From positions 186,001 to 250,000 of the forward strand of contig OZ218958.1 of assembly GCA_965112735.1 (NCBI GenBank): a stretch of 64,000 bases of DNA. The letters run 5' to 3'. The stretch comes from Phaeosaccion multiseriatum. Lineage: Eukaryota; Protista; Ochrophyta, other classes. The position numbers were made by a program, and so were the translations under genes. The notes under the pieces are model-generated. The model was not told where the DNA came from, searched no databases, and saw nothing but the letters and a program-made list of their open reading frames with translations. Shown in pieces: positions 24,686 to 37,351 of the stretch; positions within the stretch are counted from its first letter, which is position 1; each line of letters starts with the position of its first letter.

Positions 24686-27600
24686 ATGGCCATGTCTTAT
24701 GAGCAGCGGCAGCAGTTCAAGCTTCGGGCCGGGGGGCCAGATGTGATGGGCGGTGCGATGCTCCTCTTCCTTCGCTTCTCCACCATGTGCTCCCTCGCCG
24801 CGGTCTGCTTCTACATTGGGATCTACTCCTCGTCGTGGTACAGGGCCCACATCTACGATCGTGATGAGCAGCAATTCTATCTCAAGGAGGGCAAGTTCTC
24901 CTTGCGCAATGCCCAGTAAGTACAGTCTTCCAGAAAGGGAATATGGAAGGAGGGTAGCGATGATGGTGACAGCCACACCGCCAGCAGCAACACGACAACA
25001 ACTGCTTCCTGCCGCGCTGGTGCTGGTGCTGATGCTGGTGGTGGTGGTGGTGGTGGTGGTGTTCTTTTCCTACTTTCGCTGCGGAAGGGCAAGCTGCTTG
25101 TCCTCTTTTCTGAGCCCCATATGCGGCCCACTTGCTTTGTCCGTGCCCGTGCCGTACAGCAATTTCATCATCCTCTTCACCGCGGTGCCCTTGATGGCAG
25201 CCACACTGTTCGGCGCTCTCCACGAGGCCCTTTGGATCAACCGCCGCCTTCGAGCCTCAGCATCTTCCTCGTCCGACTCCGTTGCGTCATCACCGCAGCT
25301 ATCCAAGACGGCCTCCCTGGGCCGAACCTGCAGTGCCGTTCTGCACTACAAGTTAGGACCACTTCTTCAACAACGAGCCCCGTAAGTAGTCACGCCACTC
25401 CCAGTCGCGGCCACCTCTTTCCCCAAAGCACTGGCTAGTGTTCGGTCGGCTCAGTTGCTGTCGGCCCAGCTCACGGCGGCCTTGCTTGTGTTGTTCTTGT
25501 CGTTTATGAACAACACCACAATGAACAGGTGGATCACCGTGGGGAGGCCCTCGTAGCGCTTAGCTGGTTGGCCGCCAACATTTGCATGCTCGTCTACGGA
25601 ACCATTCGCCGGATGGATCGCTTCGAGGCAGGGTCAGGTAGAGGCACAAAGAGCGAGTACCGGCTCCAGGTCGTCGCCTTCCAGTTCGGGGTCGTCTGCA
25701 TGGCGAACATGACGGTGGTCCTTATTCCTGTTTCGCGCTCGAGCCGCCTGCTAACCGGTATGGGAGTGAGTTTCGAGCGGGCGGTGCTATATCACAAGGT
25801 GGTGGGGCATGCGGCCTTGTTGGCCCTGCTGTTGCACGCTGGGCTCTATGTGGTCTACTGGGTCTTGCTCGGAGGTGAGTGAGTGTGAGTGTGCATCGCC
25901 CTATAATTGGAAAGGATCAGGGCGTGAGTGAGCGAGTGCACGAGCAAACGTGCAACAATCTCACTGTTTTGTCTCTTTTGCTCTCTTTCTTTCTTTCTAC
26001 TTTGTCAGGCATCAGCCGGGCGTATGAAGAGTCCGTCCACTGGAAGGGCGGCACCAACATCCCGTTCGGATGGATGACCATGGTCTTCGGCCTGCCTCTT
26101 TGGATCACCTCCATCGCCACGGTCCGCAAGCACTACTACTCACTCTTCAAGGCTGTGCACTGGCTCGCCATCCCCGTCCTCGTCTTTTCGTGCCTGCACG
26201 ACGACAAGGTGGCCTACTTCCTCCTCGGCCCCATGATCATCTACGCTGCTCACGTGGCCACAAGACTCGCGTCATGGCAGGTACATACGCGCACGCCCCA
26301 CGCTACGCCCCCTGCCTCCCCTTTGCATTCCCCACGCTGCTGCTTCCTTCCCTCACTTAATTAATGCCCCCGCCCCGCCCACCAACCCACTCCACTCGCT
26401 TTCTTTGTCCCGTTGTGGCGGACAGCGCTGGAGGTCGTGGCAGACGTGGCCCTCCGTCCGTGGCGTGCTGCGCCTCTTCACCTCGGCCTCCTCCGGCAAG
26501 ACCCAAACAGCAGCAGCCTCAAGCAACAAGAGCAGCGATATCATCCCCAAGCCGCACGTGGTGACGTACCTGGCCGTTCGTGGGGAATACATTGTGCTCT
26601 CCGTCTCTGTGCCCGAGAGTTTTAGCATGCGGGGAGGTGCCTTCGCTTACCTCTCCTGCCCTGGCACCCTCATCGGCCGGGCCAACGAAGCGCACGCCTT
26701 CTCCGTGGGTATGCGAGGAGTACCCCCACACTACCCCCACGACGGCGCCACGTCCTCCTCCGCCGCCTCCGCTCCTTGCTGCACTTTCTACATCAAGAAG
26801 CTGGGCGGCTGGACCGACGCTCTGGCCAAACTGTCTGCGGGCGTGGAGCTGAGCGGCGACCCTTCCTCCCTCCTTGTCGACATGGATGGGCCCTACAACC
26901 AGAGCGGCGTCGCCTTCACCTCGCACGCGGCCCTTGGAGCCGAGCGAGTGGTGCTCGTTGCTGGGGGCAGCGGCCTCGCGTCCTTCCTGTGCTTCCTCCA
27001 AGACTGGAGCCTTGCCGCAGCCGCGGCGGGTGACGAAGGGAGGCTTCTTCCGGAGGTGCATCTCGTGTGGACCACGCGATCGATGCAGGAGATGGAGCTC
27101 CTGGGCGCTGCACTGCCCACCTTCCTCGCGCAAGCTGGGGAGCTGGGCTCGCGCAAGCTGAGCCTGACGCTGCATTGCACTGCCAAGAACCTCGCAAAGG
27201 AGGAGCAGACACTGATGCGAGCAGAGGCGGGCGGAAGTTCCTCGCTGCTCGTGGAGTGGCCGGCCGCCGCTACCGGTGCTACCGGCCGCAGCCCTGTGGC
27301 TCAAGCCTCGTACGTGCCCGCCCTCCTGGACGTGATGCGAACGGCATTCGCTCTGAGCGGCGGCTACGTGGGTGTAATGTTCGCCAACTACGAAGAGGAG
27401 AACCGTGGTGGGCTGCGAGGCTACCACCGAGGGGGGCTCATGGTGGCGCTGACTGCATCGTGGGCAATCGCCTTCCTCGTGTTTTGGGAGCTGGTGTGGA
27501 CGCTGATTCTTCGGCCCTGCTTCTGCCCCAGGCGCCAGACTTCGGCGGCAGCCCGCTCTTCCGGCGCCAGCGTTGCTGACGCCGATGATGCTGCGGTGAG

Positions 27601-27931
27601 TATGACGGCCCCCAGCAACGGCTCGGGTCTGCGCCATGACGAGGAGACCAAGATGGCGCGTCAAGACGAGGAGACCAAGGCCATGGGGCCTGACGACGAC
27701 AAGTTCAAGCAGCACGAGCCCTTCGCCAAGTCTACCGCCCCCGTGCAGCCAGGCCGCCCCGACGTTTGGGAGCTCTTGCGGGCCGAGAAGCGCCTAGCGG
27801 AGGGGGAGGGTCGGCTACGCGTGCGCGTGTTGGCCAGCGGGCCCGACGCCATGGTGAAGGAGTGCGTGCGTGCAGCGAGGGACATTGACTGGAGGCTCTT
27901 TGCCGTGGAGGAGTTCTCCTTCGAGTTTTAG
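24686..27931 (+). CDS. Ferric reductase (FRO family) copy 1, with a 1-nt frameshift in a G run (pseudogene or sequencing error)
   Basis: Exons 24686-24915, 25160-25381, 25529-25874, 26009-26280, 26426-27931; G4 at 25541-25544 versus G5 in copy 2. Confidence 0.8.
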
Positions 27932-28207
27932 GCGGGAGGGACGGAGGGGGGGGGGGGGAGGGAGCCGACCAAGGGCCGAGCGACGCCGGGTTTGCCAAGT
28001 CAACTCAGGTGTAGTTTTAGGGTTATTAGCTAAGAACAACGAAACTATTAGGTGCTGGTCACCGTCCTCCACTACCGCCCATCTCCCCTCCCCTCCGAGT
28101 ATTGTGCGGTGTGTCGCTCTTTCCTGTATTTCTCTCCGTACCCGGTCTTCCCTCCGCTCCAAGAAAGCGGCCCTCGTACTGATCGGAACCCGCGTCCTTT
28201 CTCTCCC

Positions 28208-28652
28208 TCGCTCATTCACTCATTCACTTACGCACACAGTCATGTCACGGGTGCCCTCATACCTCTCTTACTCACTTCGGCACTCACTCATACCTCTCTC
28301 ACTCACTTAGGCACTCACTCACTCACTCACGTCTGTACTTACTCACACACGGTTTGTCTTTTGTACGCATGCACTCACTCACTCACTCAGACACTCACAC
28401 ACAACCCCCCCCCCCCTCACTCCCTCTCTCGCGCACTCACGCACTCGCGCAATCACTCGCTCATTCACTCACGCACTCACGCACGCCACTCACCTACGCA
28501 CTCACTTACTCGCTCACTCACTCACGCACTCACGCACTCACTCGCTGAGTGGCTCATTCACTCACGCACTCACGCACCTCACTCGCTCATTTACACTCAC
28601 TCACGCACCCACCCACCCATGAACTCACGCACGCACACACGCCCTCACGCAC
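28208..28652. repeat. Degenerate (CACT)n/(CACG)n microsatellite field
   Basis: Dense cactcact/cgcact repeats with no credible coding signal. Confidence 0.8.
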
Positions 28653-29164
28653 ATAGCTTCGAATTCCTCCGGGAAGGGGTGTACCTGGACTCAGCGTGTT
28701 GGGCCTGAGCCTCGTAGCTAGTACGGCCCAACACGAATCAGACCCTTCCCTCATGGCGGCGCTATTTGATGACTGACGATGGCACTCATATTGACCCCTG
28801 ACCTGTTTCCGCGTTTCCTGTTTCGGCGGCGCGAGCTGGCCTATTTCCTGTTTCTGGCCGGTTTGGGGGTCTCCACACACGCTGATGTTGAGGTCGACTT
28901 TGAGTGAAAGTCGATCTTCGATATACGAAAGTCGAGACGAAAGTCGACGTGCTAAACCGAAAATCTACCTCTATAAACGAGAATCGATCTCGAATCTGCT
29001 TCCTGTTTTCAAGCTGTTCGGCTCCAGACTGGCCTAGAAGCCTAGGCCTAGAGACGAAATTCGGCCGGCCTAGGGGGGCCGCAGGCCCCCGGCCTAGGTC
29101 TAGAGGGGGCCGCAGGTCCACGGCCTAGGCCTAGTTTTGGCGCAGCCCCCCCGGCCTAGGCCTA

Positions 29165-29551
29165 TCGACCCTGGACAAGATTACGGTGTGCGCCAGCCGT
29201 AACCAGTAATCAGCCCCCGGCCGGCGCAAAATCAGTAATCAGGCCGGCTGGTTGTAAGCAACCAGACCGGCTGGCGCCGGTCATAATCAGTAATCAGGCC
29301 GGCTGCGCCGGCCGTAATCAGAATCAGATGATCTTGTCCAGGGTCGACTCACTCCCTCTCTCCCTCCCTCCCTCCCTCCCTCCCTCCCTCCCTCCCTTCG
29401 ACCCTGGACAAGATTACGGTGTGCGCCGGCCGTAATCAGTAATCAGCCCCCGGCTGGCGCATAATCAGTACTCAGGCCGGCTGGCGCCGGTCATAATCAG
29501 TAATCAGGCCGGCCGGCTGCGCCGGCCGTAATTACTATTCAGATAGGTCGA
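29165..29551. mobile_element. Two tandem TCGACC-ended MITEs (29165-29347; 29398-29551) flanking a (TCCC)n tract
   Basis: 17-bp TIR tcgaccctggacaagat...atcttgtccagggtcga; internal aatcagtaatcaggccggctg subrepeats; the second copy has a damaged right end (ggtcga). Confidence 0.85.
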
Positions 29552-29849
29552 GGCTGTGCTAAGCTAAGATAGTAGAAACGTTAAGGGGTTTGGACTAAGT
29601 ATATGCTGCGCCTATGGTGGGGCGTCAGTGTCCGTATTGATAATATATCTCTACTACTTGCTGATGCAAAGCTTGTGCCCACAAAGAGGAGGGTGAAACG
29701 CTAGAGCCGTTGAACCCCCTCGGGGCGTGCCTAGGAAACCGACATTCTTATTATACCCCAGAATGTGTGACCGGAAACCCTCAGGCAGGACAATCTACCA
29801 CACTACCCCCAAGCGATAGTTCGAGCCAACTGGGAAGTAAGTGTGTTTA

Positions 29850-32800
29850 TCATCTAGTTTGTGTCCGCTTTCGTGTGCGCGCGGAGCGCAGCGGCTTAGT
29901 AGCCGATCGCGTCGTAGTCTTGCGCAGATAGGCTCGGACTGCGCTGATCAACTGCTTGTCCTGATGGTGCTGCAGGTAGGTCTCCAGTAAACGTGGAGTA
30001 TCTTCGTGCAGCGCCTCGATGGGCTCCTCGCTATTCTCGAGGGCGTCAAAGCCACGCCACTTAACAATGACGTGCCATGAATCATCTGCGTGCTTAACGA
30101 GGCCTTCAAAGGCCTCCACCACAAAGTCTTGGGTGTTATACGAAATCTGTTGAAGTACGTCGGTGGTGACGTTAACGTGAGCACCGCAGTAGTAGCGGAG
30201 CCGGCTGATGTGTACCTCATAGGTACGCTTCTTGCCCACAAGCTCCTCCACCTTGTACACGTGTTGCTCAAGGGCTTCAAGCACTCGGCAGGGCCCATGC
30301 CACTTGCCTAGTATCTTGCTTGTAGGCCCTACTGTTGCAACGAGTACGTAGACTCCGACCTGAAACAGCGTCTCGCTGTTGAGCTGCTTAGCTCTGGCCA
30401 AGTCCTGACGATGCTCTGCACCACGTCTGCCACTCATCAACCTCTGGTTGATGCCATCGCGCTTGTGATCGCGGAGGGCAGTCAGTTGGCGCGCCGCCTC
30501 GGCACGCTGCCCCTCCTTCCTCCGATGGAGTTGTGTCGCAAGGGTGTCTCTCTGCGCCGGGATCAGCTGCAGTAACCGAACCTTTTGCAGTCGATCCGCG
30601 TCGTGGATCAAAATCGTGTCGAGAGGCCGCTGTGGCACGTGACCACTGTGCAGCTGGATGGGAGATAGGTTAGACCGACTGCTCTTGTTGGAGCTGTTCT
30701 CAACAGCCTCCATCACTGGCAGTAGCTGCGGCCATGTCTCGGGCGGCTGCCGTAGCTCAGACATCATTGATCTCATGATCTTCTGCAGTGTCTGTACACC
30801 ACGCTCGCCCAATCCTCGACTGTATGGGTTGTGTGCCACCACAAAGTGGTGGTTGCACCGCAAGAGCTGACTTAACTCACGTATCACCTCATTTAGGAAA
30901 TGACTGCCTCGGTCACTCTGCCACCTGGGCACTACGCCATGCTGTGCGAACCAGCGCAACAGACCGCGTGCACACACTCGTGCAGTAGCTTCCAAACATG
31001 GCTCATACATTGACAATGATGAAAAATCATCAAAGATGCACAGCACTTGCTTGACCTGAAGCTTCATGAACCCTTCTGGGGACTCTGCCCATATGACTCC
31101 ATCGCCAATCTTGACGAAGTCAAACCAGATGAGTTGCTGGGGTCCAGTGGCGTGCCATTGAGCTAGCAGGGGGCGAGGCACTCTCTCGCCCTTGCCGTTG
31201 GTGAGGCAGTGGAGACAGTTCTGAACGAGGCTTCGCACGTCCTTGTCTAGCGAGTGCCAAATGAACTTCTCCTTAATAGCACTCAAGGTGTTTGTCTCTC
31301 CCTGATGGCCCATCATACCCTGATGGCCAGTCACACACAGCCTCAGGTGCATGTCTTCCGCCTTGGCTCCCACCGAGGGAATCCAAATGCGGGTGCTGTC
31401 AGCGGGGTTGCTCGTCGGATGGCACGCTCGAATCAACCCGTCGTCGCCAACTGATGAGAGGAGCAGGCGGCGCCCGTTCTCTCCCACCTCCTTGCTAGCC
31501 TGCTGGAGCTCCTGAAGAGCGTCGGCCTGCAGACTGGCAATCTCAGTGGTGGAGGGCCAAGTGAAGTCGTCACACATAGTGTCAAACACTTGCATGGGTC
31601 CAAACTTGCCCAAGGCGAGCACACTAGGGGTGAGGCTCACCGGGTGCGTGTACCGCCTGCTAATGGGGTCGGCCCAATCATGGAGATGACCAGGGAAGTG
31701 GACAATGACATAGTCAAAGCTCTGAAGGCGCACGGCCTGACGCTGCAGCCTGTCCCTCATAGGCTTAGTCATGCCAGGGTACTTGCTGTCGTTGCTCATC
31801 ATGAACGCCAAGTTGCGATGGTCGCAAAAGATGTGCACTTTCTGTGCCCCGACCAAAGCGTACTCGTTCTGGATCAAGCCTCGGAGTGTCGCGTCTCCTT
31901 CCTTGTCGATGGTGGCACGCCTCAGCTCTGCGCCTTCAAAGGCGCCTGAGCCGAAGGCCACCGGGATGTGGTTCATCTCATGTACCGGAAGGCACAGCTC
32001 TTTGGGGTCTATGTATGTAATCATACATCCCCAGTAGAGGTCACTAGCATCTGGGAATACCAGTGCCAGTTTGGTTGGGTCTGGGTGCGACAGCACCGTG
32101 TTCTGTGCAAGAACGCGCTTGATCTGGAAGAAAGCGTCGTCGTGCTCTGTGTCCCACCCCACAGAAGCCAATGGAATCGTCTTGGCCACTGCCTTGGAGC
32201 GCTTGTGCTGATGAGGCTTAGCGTTAGCCTGCCCGAGGGCTTTGTTCAACAGCGCGTTCAAAGGACCCACTAGCTTAGCGAAGTCCTTGATGTATCGATG
32301 AAACCACTGCAGGCTGCAGAGGAAAGTCATCAAATCTCCAGCCGTCTCTGGGGCCGCGAGACTGGTCAGGCCCTGCACTCTGGCGGGGTCATGTCGTGTG
32401 CCGCGTCGGTCGTGCACGCGGCCTAGGAACTTAAGCTCTTTGCCGAAGCGGAAGGAGCTCAATCCTATCTTGATGTTGGCGCTGTGGAGGCGCTTCATCG
32501 TCAGTCGAGTGAGACTCACCATCTCCTCTCCCACCTTTGCCCAGTACGCTACGTTGTCAATGTAGACGGCGTGGGTCTTGCACAACTCTTTGCGAAAGAG
32601 GTGGGTCATCTGGCCTTGGACGTAAGCGCCCGAGTTCTTAGCCCCCTGGGGTACTCGAGTTGGCGTCACTTTGCCATTTGGGAATATATAGGTGTGAGCA
32701 ACTTGGCTCAACTTGCCTAGTGGGAATTGCTAATACATGTCAACCCCATCTATCTCGATGAACCATAGGCAACCCAACATGGAGGCTACGGCGTCTTCAA

Positions 32801-33200
32801 TGTTCATCATCCCAAAATCGACCTTCTGTACCTTTTCATTGACTTCGCGAAAGTCGCAGACGATACGGTACTTGCCTGGCTTGCCGGGTTTGCCCACTGC
32901 AAACGCCGGGCTGCCATGAGCGCTCTGCGGGTTGCTATAACCCAGGCCTTTGTCTATCAACTTGTTGCAAAAGTCATTTACAAAAGCACCCTTTGCGCCT
33001 TGTTGCCTTATGGGGAGACGGGAGCTCGGTACCTTATTGGTAAACGTCACCTCCATTGGCTCTACGTTAGCGGGGCCGTCGCTAAAGAGCAACTCTTCCC
33101 GCCACACGTCGAACTCTAAGAGAGCTTCCATCATTGGCTCTCTCAGCTCCGCAGGGAAATCATGATCAGTGATTGCTTTGTCCACAATGGGACCTAGCAC
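29850..33200 (-). pseudogene. pol: Retrotransposon Pol (RT, RNase H, integrase, chromodomain), interrupted
   Basis: RT motifs YRIVCDFREVN, Y*QFPL (in-frame TAG 32730-32732), PQGAKNS, YIDN; RNase H FPDASD / FCDHRNL / WADPISR; integrase HHCC, SDRGSHF, GLGER, WHGPC; chromodomain VIVKWRGFDALENSEEP. Confidence 0.9.
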
Positions 33201-35035
33201 CTCTCTACGGCGTGCCTCAGAAGGGGGAACTCCTCTGATGGCCCTTGAATAGTATCCGGTACACCTTCACACTCTTCACGGTCTTTATTATTAAGCGGTT
33301 GGCCGCCAATGGCGCTAACCTCTGGTGCCTCTGCACTGGCGACAGGAGGGGGGCTCTCGGCCGCAACCTCCTGCGCTCCTACCCCCAATACTTGCACGGG
33401 GAAGTTGCTTGCCTCAAAATCGGCATAGTCTTGTATGGTCTCAACGCCCATAGAACACACGCTCTTCTCAACACTATGCTGCTTAGTCGGGGCAGCCCCT
33501 GTCGCAGGGGAAGCGTCGTCACGCTCCCTCTGCAGGGTCTCCTCCGACCGTTTCTCGTGCACTCTGTGCAACTGCTCAGTCAAAGACTCCAAGCCCAGTG
33601 CCTTATGCAAAGGCCGGCCCAGAATCAGTCTGCTGCCCAAGCTCTCAAGAACCAATATGGATCTGAACTCCTTGTCCAGCTGCGCTGTACTCACGCTTCC
33701 ATGACTCAGCTCTATCTCAAGGTGACTGCCGCACAACACTTCGTTGGCAGTCACAGGTCCAGCAGCAGTGACGCACTCCGAAGGCTCACAGGCCTCTAGT
33801 ACACCACCACCCTTTCCGACCCACGTGCGAGCCAGGTCACCACCCATGACCATACCCACATCGCATCCGCTGTCAAACAGGGCTTGCGCCGACATCCGCA
33901 CCTCCGGAGTCGTGTCATTCACGAGAACCACGCTCATGCGGTCTCCCGTGAGGTCCATAGCAACTGGCCCTGGCAAAGAAACACCTGCCGCAGCCGAAGA
34001 AGATGAGACGGACGTCACCCCCGGTTTCTTCGCCTCAGCCTTCCTCTGCTCCCATGCCTTCTGTTTCTCTGCCTTGATGCGTTTCTTGTCTTCGGCAGTG
34101 GTTGTAGGGCAGTCGTCAATCCGATGCGGCTTGTCGCAGGCCCAGCACTTCGGAGTACGGGCCTTCTTCAATGGGTTGCTGGCTGTCTCTTTGCCCGCTG
34201 CTGTCTCCTTCGAGGAGGTCTCTGCACCCGTACGCTTTGGCTGCTGCTCCTGCTGCCACTTGCGCTTGCCGCCTGCACCTTTGCCTTGCCCACCACCGCC
34301 CCCCCCGCCGCCTCCAGATGCTCCTTGGTCACCCTTGAGTCCGGGAAGGAAATGTTCGGCCTTACCGCCGATACGCCGTGCTGCCGCTCTCATGGTGGCC
34401 CACTGGCACAAGTGTTTGACGAATTTCTCCATCCACTCCCCGTGATGCTCTCCCCAGTCCTTCTGTCCATCTTTGAACGCGTCCACCAGCATCTTCTCCA
34501 TGCATGGGTCATAATTCTTGACGATGGTGAGTAAGCCTCGCTGCATCCCTTTGGCAGCGTGCTTTCCGTTCGGACCAAGGTAATTCGTATCGGTGGGGTT
34601 CAAGTTCAGGTACTCCTTCCTTGCTGCCGACTCGTGAATCGCGCGAAGGTATTGCTGGCACATATACTGGAGATTGTGCTTGAACTGAAGAGGGTCTGGG
34701 TCGTACTCGATTACCGTCCTCCTGATGATCTCATTAAGAGTGGCGTTGCCGTTGACGTCCTCCCTGCGATTCTTCTTCAACCACCTCTCCAAGTAATCCC
34801 GTACCATCTTGGACGTTAGCTGAGCCTCCGACACTTTATTGGCGATGGCTATTCCAAAACGATGTGCTGGTTCGATGAGCTGCACCATGCTGGGGATATC
34901 CAGCGGCTTGTCCCTATCCCTGAGCGCGGACTGATCGTACTGCAGTAAGAACTCGCTGACGACTTCCGCAGATAGAGGCGTCCGTATCTCCGGATAATGG
35001 GTTGGGTCCCTCATGATGATGCCTTGAACCGCCAT
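33194..35035 (-). CDS. gag: Retrotransposon Gag-protease
   Basis: CCHC knuckle CWACDKPHRIDDC; aspartic protease motif ALFDSGCD and ILGRP. Confidence 0.9.
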   Translation of the reverse strand: MAVQGIIMRDPTHYPEIRTPLSAEVVSEFLLQYDQSALRDRDKPLDIPSMVQLIEPAHRFGIAIANKVSEAQLTSKMVRDYLERWLKKNRREDVNGNATLNEIIRRTVIEYDPDPLQFKHNLQYMCQQYLRAIHESAARKEYLNLNPTDTNYLGPNGKHAAKGMQRGLLTIVKNYDPCMEKMLVDAFKDGQKDWGEHHGEWMEKFVKHLCQWATMRAAARRIGGKAEHFLPGLKGDQGASGGGGGGGGGQGKGAGGKRKWQQEQQPKRTGAETSSKETAAGKETASNPLKKARTPKCWACDKPHRIDDCPTTTAEDKKRIKAEKQKAWEQRKAEAKKPGVTSVSSSSAAAGVSLPGPVAMDLTGDRMSVVLVNDTTPEVRMSAQALFDSGCDVGMVMGGDLARTWVGKGGGVLEACEPSECVTAAGPVTANEVLCGSHLEIELSHGSVSTAQLDKEFRSILVLESLGSRLILGRPLHKALGLESLTEQLHRVHEKRSEETLQRERDDASPATGAAPTKQHSVEKSVCSMGVETIQDYADFEASNFPVQVLGVGAQEVAAESPPPVASAEAPEVSAIGGQPLNNKDREECEGVPDTIQGPSEEFPLLRHAVERC

Positions 35036-36001
35036 GATGTCGCTCCTCCAATCGGTCCGAGAAAATCCTTCTCCAAAGCCTTTCTAAAGCGAGAACTAGT
35101 TCTGTGCTAAGCTAAGATAGTAGAAACGTTAAGGGGTTTGGACTAAGTATATGCTGCGCCTATGGTGGGGCGTCAGTGTCCGTATTGATAATATATCTCT
35201 ACTACTTGCTGATGCAAAGCTTGTGCCCACAAAGAGGAGGGTGAAACGCTAGAGCCGTTGAACCCCCTCGGGGCGTGCCTAGGAAACCGACATTCTTATT
35301 ATACCCCAGAATGTGTGACCGGAAACCCTCAGGCAGGACAATCTACCACAAGGCCTAGGCCTAGAACCGCCGGCCTAGGGAGAAAATATGGCCGGCCTAG
35401 AGCGGGCGTAGGCCGCTCGGCCTAGGGCCTAGAGCATAGGCTTCTAGGCCAGTCTGGAGCCGAAGCTGTGGAAGTCTAAGAAACAGGTCAAGGGCCGATC
35501 TTATCTCCTGAAGATCCCGGCGGCGGTGGCCGCCAGTGTGTTGTGGCCTTCTAGTAGCAGCATCTTCCTGTCCCTGACAAAAAACCAACGGCCGTGCTTC
35601 TTCTTTTTCAAAGTACGTCTCTTTGCGCATCTTCATCCAGGCCGCCACTAAACGCTACCAGCACTGGCTGCGTCTATCACGTCTATGCGTCTAGCACTGC
35701 GTCTCCTCCTCATCCTCCCAGCTCCTCAAGCTGATCCCTTTCCTTGACGTTACAGGCGTAGGTCTACCGGACTTCCAAAAAAATCACCACGGCCCTCTCA
35801 CCTCACATTGAGAGTACACATTATCACATTGAAGACCGTTCGTTTCGTTCAGAATGTGGTCGTTCACGCCATCTGTGATCTCACCTTCAGCACAATCACA
35901 CTTTCAGTTTCTTAGGTGATTCCTAGTAAGTCAATAAATCATCGCACGGGGCTCTCCTTCTTGTTCTTGCCTCCCTCGTGCTCATTTCTCTCTTCTTCTG
36001 A

Positions 36002-37351
<1,350 letters not shown>

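Larger units (their letters stand above)
21617..27955 (+). repeat. Segmental duplication copy 1 (AK + FRO cassette); copy 2 at ~35513-41960
   Basis: Near-identical from ~22650 onward at an offset of ~14,005 bp (identical ORFs, e.g. 26405-27931 and 40413-41939); the 5' ~1 kb is more diverged. Confidence 0.95.
29555..35350 (-). mobile_element. Ty3/gypsy LTR retrotransposon with chromodomain integrase; full length but defective
   Basis: 248-bp LTRs at 29555-29802 and 35103-35350 (TG...CA; no difference seen by eye); 4-bp TSD AGGC; polypurine tract GGGGGTAG next to the 3' LTR; domain order gag-PR-RT-RH-IN-chromo. Confidence 0.97.
29017..35464. mobile_element. CCTAGG-rich TIR element (MITE-like, ~260 bp when empty) hosting nested insertions
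   Basis: Perfect 28-bp TIRs at 29017-29044 (ttcggctccagactggcctagaagccta) and 35437-35464; 4-bp TSD GCTG (29013-29016 / 35465-35468); a degraded uninterrupted relative lies at ~46423-46512. Confidence 0.85.

Noticed and set aside
26519-27715. 398-aa antisense ORF (also 40527-41723)
   Set aside because: Shadow of the GC-rich FRO exon.
33194-33260. Programmed -1 gag-pol frameshift
   Set aside because: No canonical X XXY YYZ heptamer; adding one C to the C5 run gives a continuous sensible frame, so an indel is more likely.
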